Position numbers and translations under genes: made by a program. From Bdellovibrionales bacterium (GTDB taxonomy: Bacteria; Bdellovibrionota; Bdellovibrionia; Bdellovibrionales; UBA1609), in the NCBI GenBank assembly GCA_965200025.1, contig OZ241325.1, positions 844,674-908,673 on the forward strand: a stretch of 64,000 nt of DNA. The letters are read 5' to 3'. Under the pieces are notes generated by a model that ran no database searches, was not told the origin of the DNA, and saw only the letters and a list, made by a program, of their open reading frames with translations. This document shows positions 62,767 to 64,000 of the stretch, in pieces. Every line of letters starts with the position of its first letter. Positions within the stretch are counted from its first letter, which is position 1.

Positions 62767-63663
62767 TCAGGTTTTATAGCTGTTGGTTATCCCATGATGG
62801 GATAAATCCCTCTCTTCAGAAAACAACTTATGAACTTTACTTTTAAAAGGTTTAAGATCTTTGCTCACCACCACATGCAGTCTGCCTGGCATGTCAAAGG
62901 TTTTGTGTTTGAAATCAGAGGGAGTGGCAAAAAAAATCTCTGAACGAAAAGGCCGATGAGTTTTTGTTTTTACCAAAGGGTTTTTAAGATCAAACACAGG
63001 ACTTAAACCCCTCAAGCCCTTTTTAAAACATGGAAGAATACGGCAGGAAAGCCTGTTTTTCTTAAAATAACTGACAAGCCAGGACTTAAAATACAAATAG
63101 TGTGTGCAGCCCAAAATTAAGGTGTCTGTCCCTTTTTCCAAAAGCACTCTGACATCTTTCAGAAGTTTTTTTTTGACAAGAGCCTCTTTATTTACGACAT
63201 CTTTTTGCACCGGTCCCAAAGAGAGTTCCACAAAAGGGGCCAACCAGGGACAGGGTTTTTGATAAATTTGCAGTGTGCCTGACAAAGCCCGGGCTTTTTT
63301 AACAAAGACCTGTGAGTGAACTGTGGCCTCTGTGGCCAAAACCCCCACTTTACCGTTTTGACTTAAACTTTGAGCCTGCTGCAAAGAGGATTTGATAATC
63401 CCCTTCACCGGTACCAGGTAAGTTTTTTTATCCTCCAGTGTGCAAGAGGCCGTGTTACAAGCCACCAAAACCTCACTCACTCCCCTCTCAGCTAAAAACC
63501 TTATGTTTTTTTTTACCACAGTTTTGAGTTGGGAAAGACTTTTTTCCCCATAAGGGAAATGAAGAGTGTCTGCCAGATAAACAAACCGGTGGGAGGGGTA
63601 AAGCTTAAGCAGCTCTTTTAAAACAAAAAGCCCTCCCACTCCGGAATCCAAAACACCTGTCAT
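62767..63663 (-). CDS. murI: glutamate racemase (with C-terminal extension)
   Basis: DSGVGGL, ACNTAS and GCTHY motifs. Confidence 0.85.
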   Translation of the reverse strand: MTGVLDSGVGGLFVLKELLKLYPSHRFVYLADTLHFPYGEKSLSQLKTVVKKNIRFLAERGVSEVLVACNTASCTLEDKKTYLVPVKGIIKSSLQQAQSLSQNGKVGVLATEATVHSQVFVKKARALSGTLQIYQKPCPWLAPFVELSLGPVQKDVVNKEALVKKKLLKDVRVLLEKGTDTLILGCTHYLYFKSWLVSYFKKNRLSCRILPCFKKGLRGLSPVFDLKNPLVKTKTHRPFRSEIFFATPSDFKHKTFDMPGRLHVVVSKDLKPFKSKVHKLFSEERDLSHHGITNSYKT

Positions 63664-63679
63664 AGTGTGGTTGTTCCTC

Positions 63680-64000
63680 TCATTTGCGGGTGGGAAGGGG
63701 AGGCATGTCTGATACAGCCTCCCATGCAGAAAAAGGAGTCTCCTGTGGGTGAGTCACAGAATCCGGTTTATGCCCTCCTCCCGGAAAACCTCTTTTTCTC
63801 ATGGTTTGACATTCCCTGGAAAACAAATCCTCCCTTTGAACATGCTGAAGAGTCACATAAGCCAGTGCTTTTCCAAAATCCGGATTACACAGGTCCATCA
63901 GGTACCCACCTGTGTTGTGGGCCAAATCCGCTATGGCCACTCTGTCTTCCGGTTTCTCTTTTTTCTGCCGGGTCTGAATACCACTGCGGGACAAAGCCCG
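63680..64000 (-). CDS. hypothetical protein, C-terminal part (frame remains open to the right edge)
   Basis: The frame is open to position 64000. The track start at 63994 is only a TTG. No family recognised. Confidence 0.3.
   Translation of the reverse strand, partial: RALSRSGIQTRQKKEKPEDRVAIADLAHNTGGYLMDLCNPDFGKALAYVTLQHVQREDLFSRECQTMRKRGFPGGGHKPDSVTHPQETPFSAWEAVSDMPPLPTRK

Overview
The window comes from a diderm bacterium, roughly 40-45% GC by eye, with very dense coding.

**Housekeeping backbone**
- cmk (partial), tpiA, dcd, and an EF-G paralog that lies outside an str operon.
- gltX, a carD-like gene, relA/spoT, rpoZ, gmk and yicC.
- A complete type IV pilus block, pilM-N-O-P-Q, plus a prepilin peptidase.
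- An ABC-2 exporter, serS, maf, lgt, ETF-QO, bioD, a peroxiredoxin, murI, and a topoisomerase VI B subunit with no A subunit nearby.

**Accessory material**
- A 2.9-kb low-GC island sits between rpoZ and gmk. It is bracketed by a 53-bp direct repeat and carries a DNA methyltransferase, a LAGLIDADG-like protein, a NucS-like PD-(D/E)XK mini-nuclease and a small Cys/His protein.
- There are three paralogous AAA+/DUF4143 ATPases.
- There are two Rpn/YhgA-like nuclease genes. One is 5'-truncated and contains a 24-bp tandem repeat.
- A module made of an outer-membrane-barrel gene plus its upstream region is duplicated.
- Many secreted proteins and lipoproteins have no recognisable family.

**Most unusual signal: G/C homopolymers**
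- I counted 18 G or C runs of 8 nt or longer.
- A recurring A-run plus G9-10 element sits in front of surface-protein genes.
- One copy (ATG followed by G10) hides a Cys-rich secreted-protein gene. It is out of frame by one G and is absent from the ORF track.
- Three further surface-protein genes are broken or lack a start at G5/C5 runs.
- Together this looks like a phase-variation (contingency-locus) network, unless the breaks are homopolymer assembly errors.

No rRNA, tRNA, CRISPR array, integrase or classical transposase was seen.
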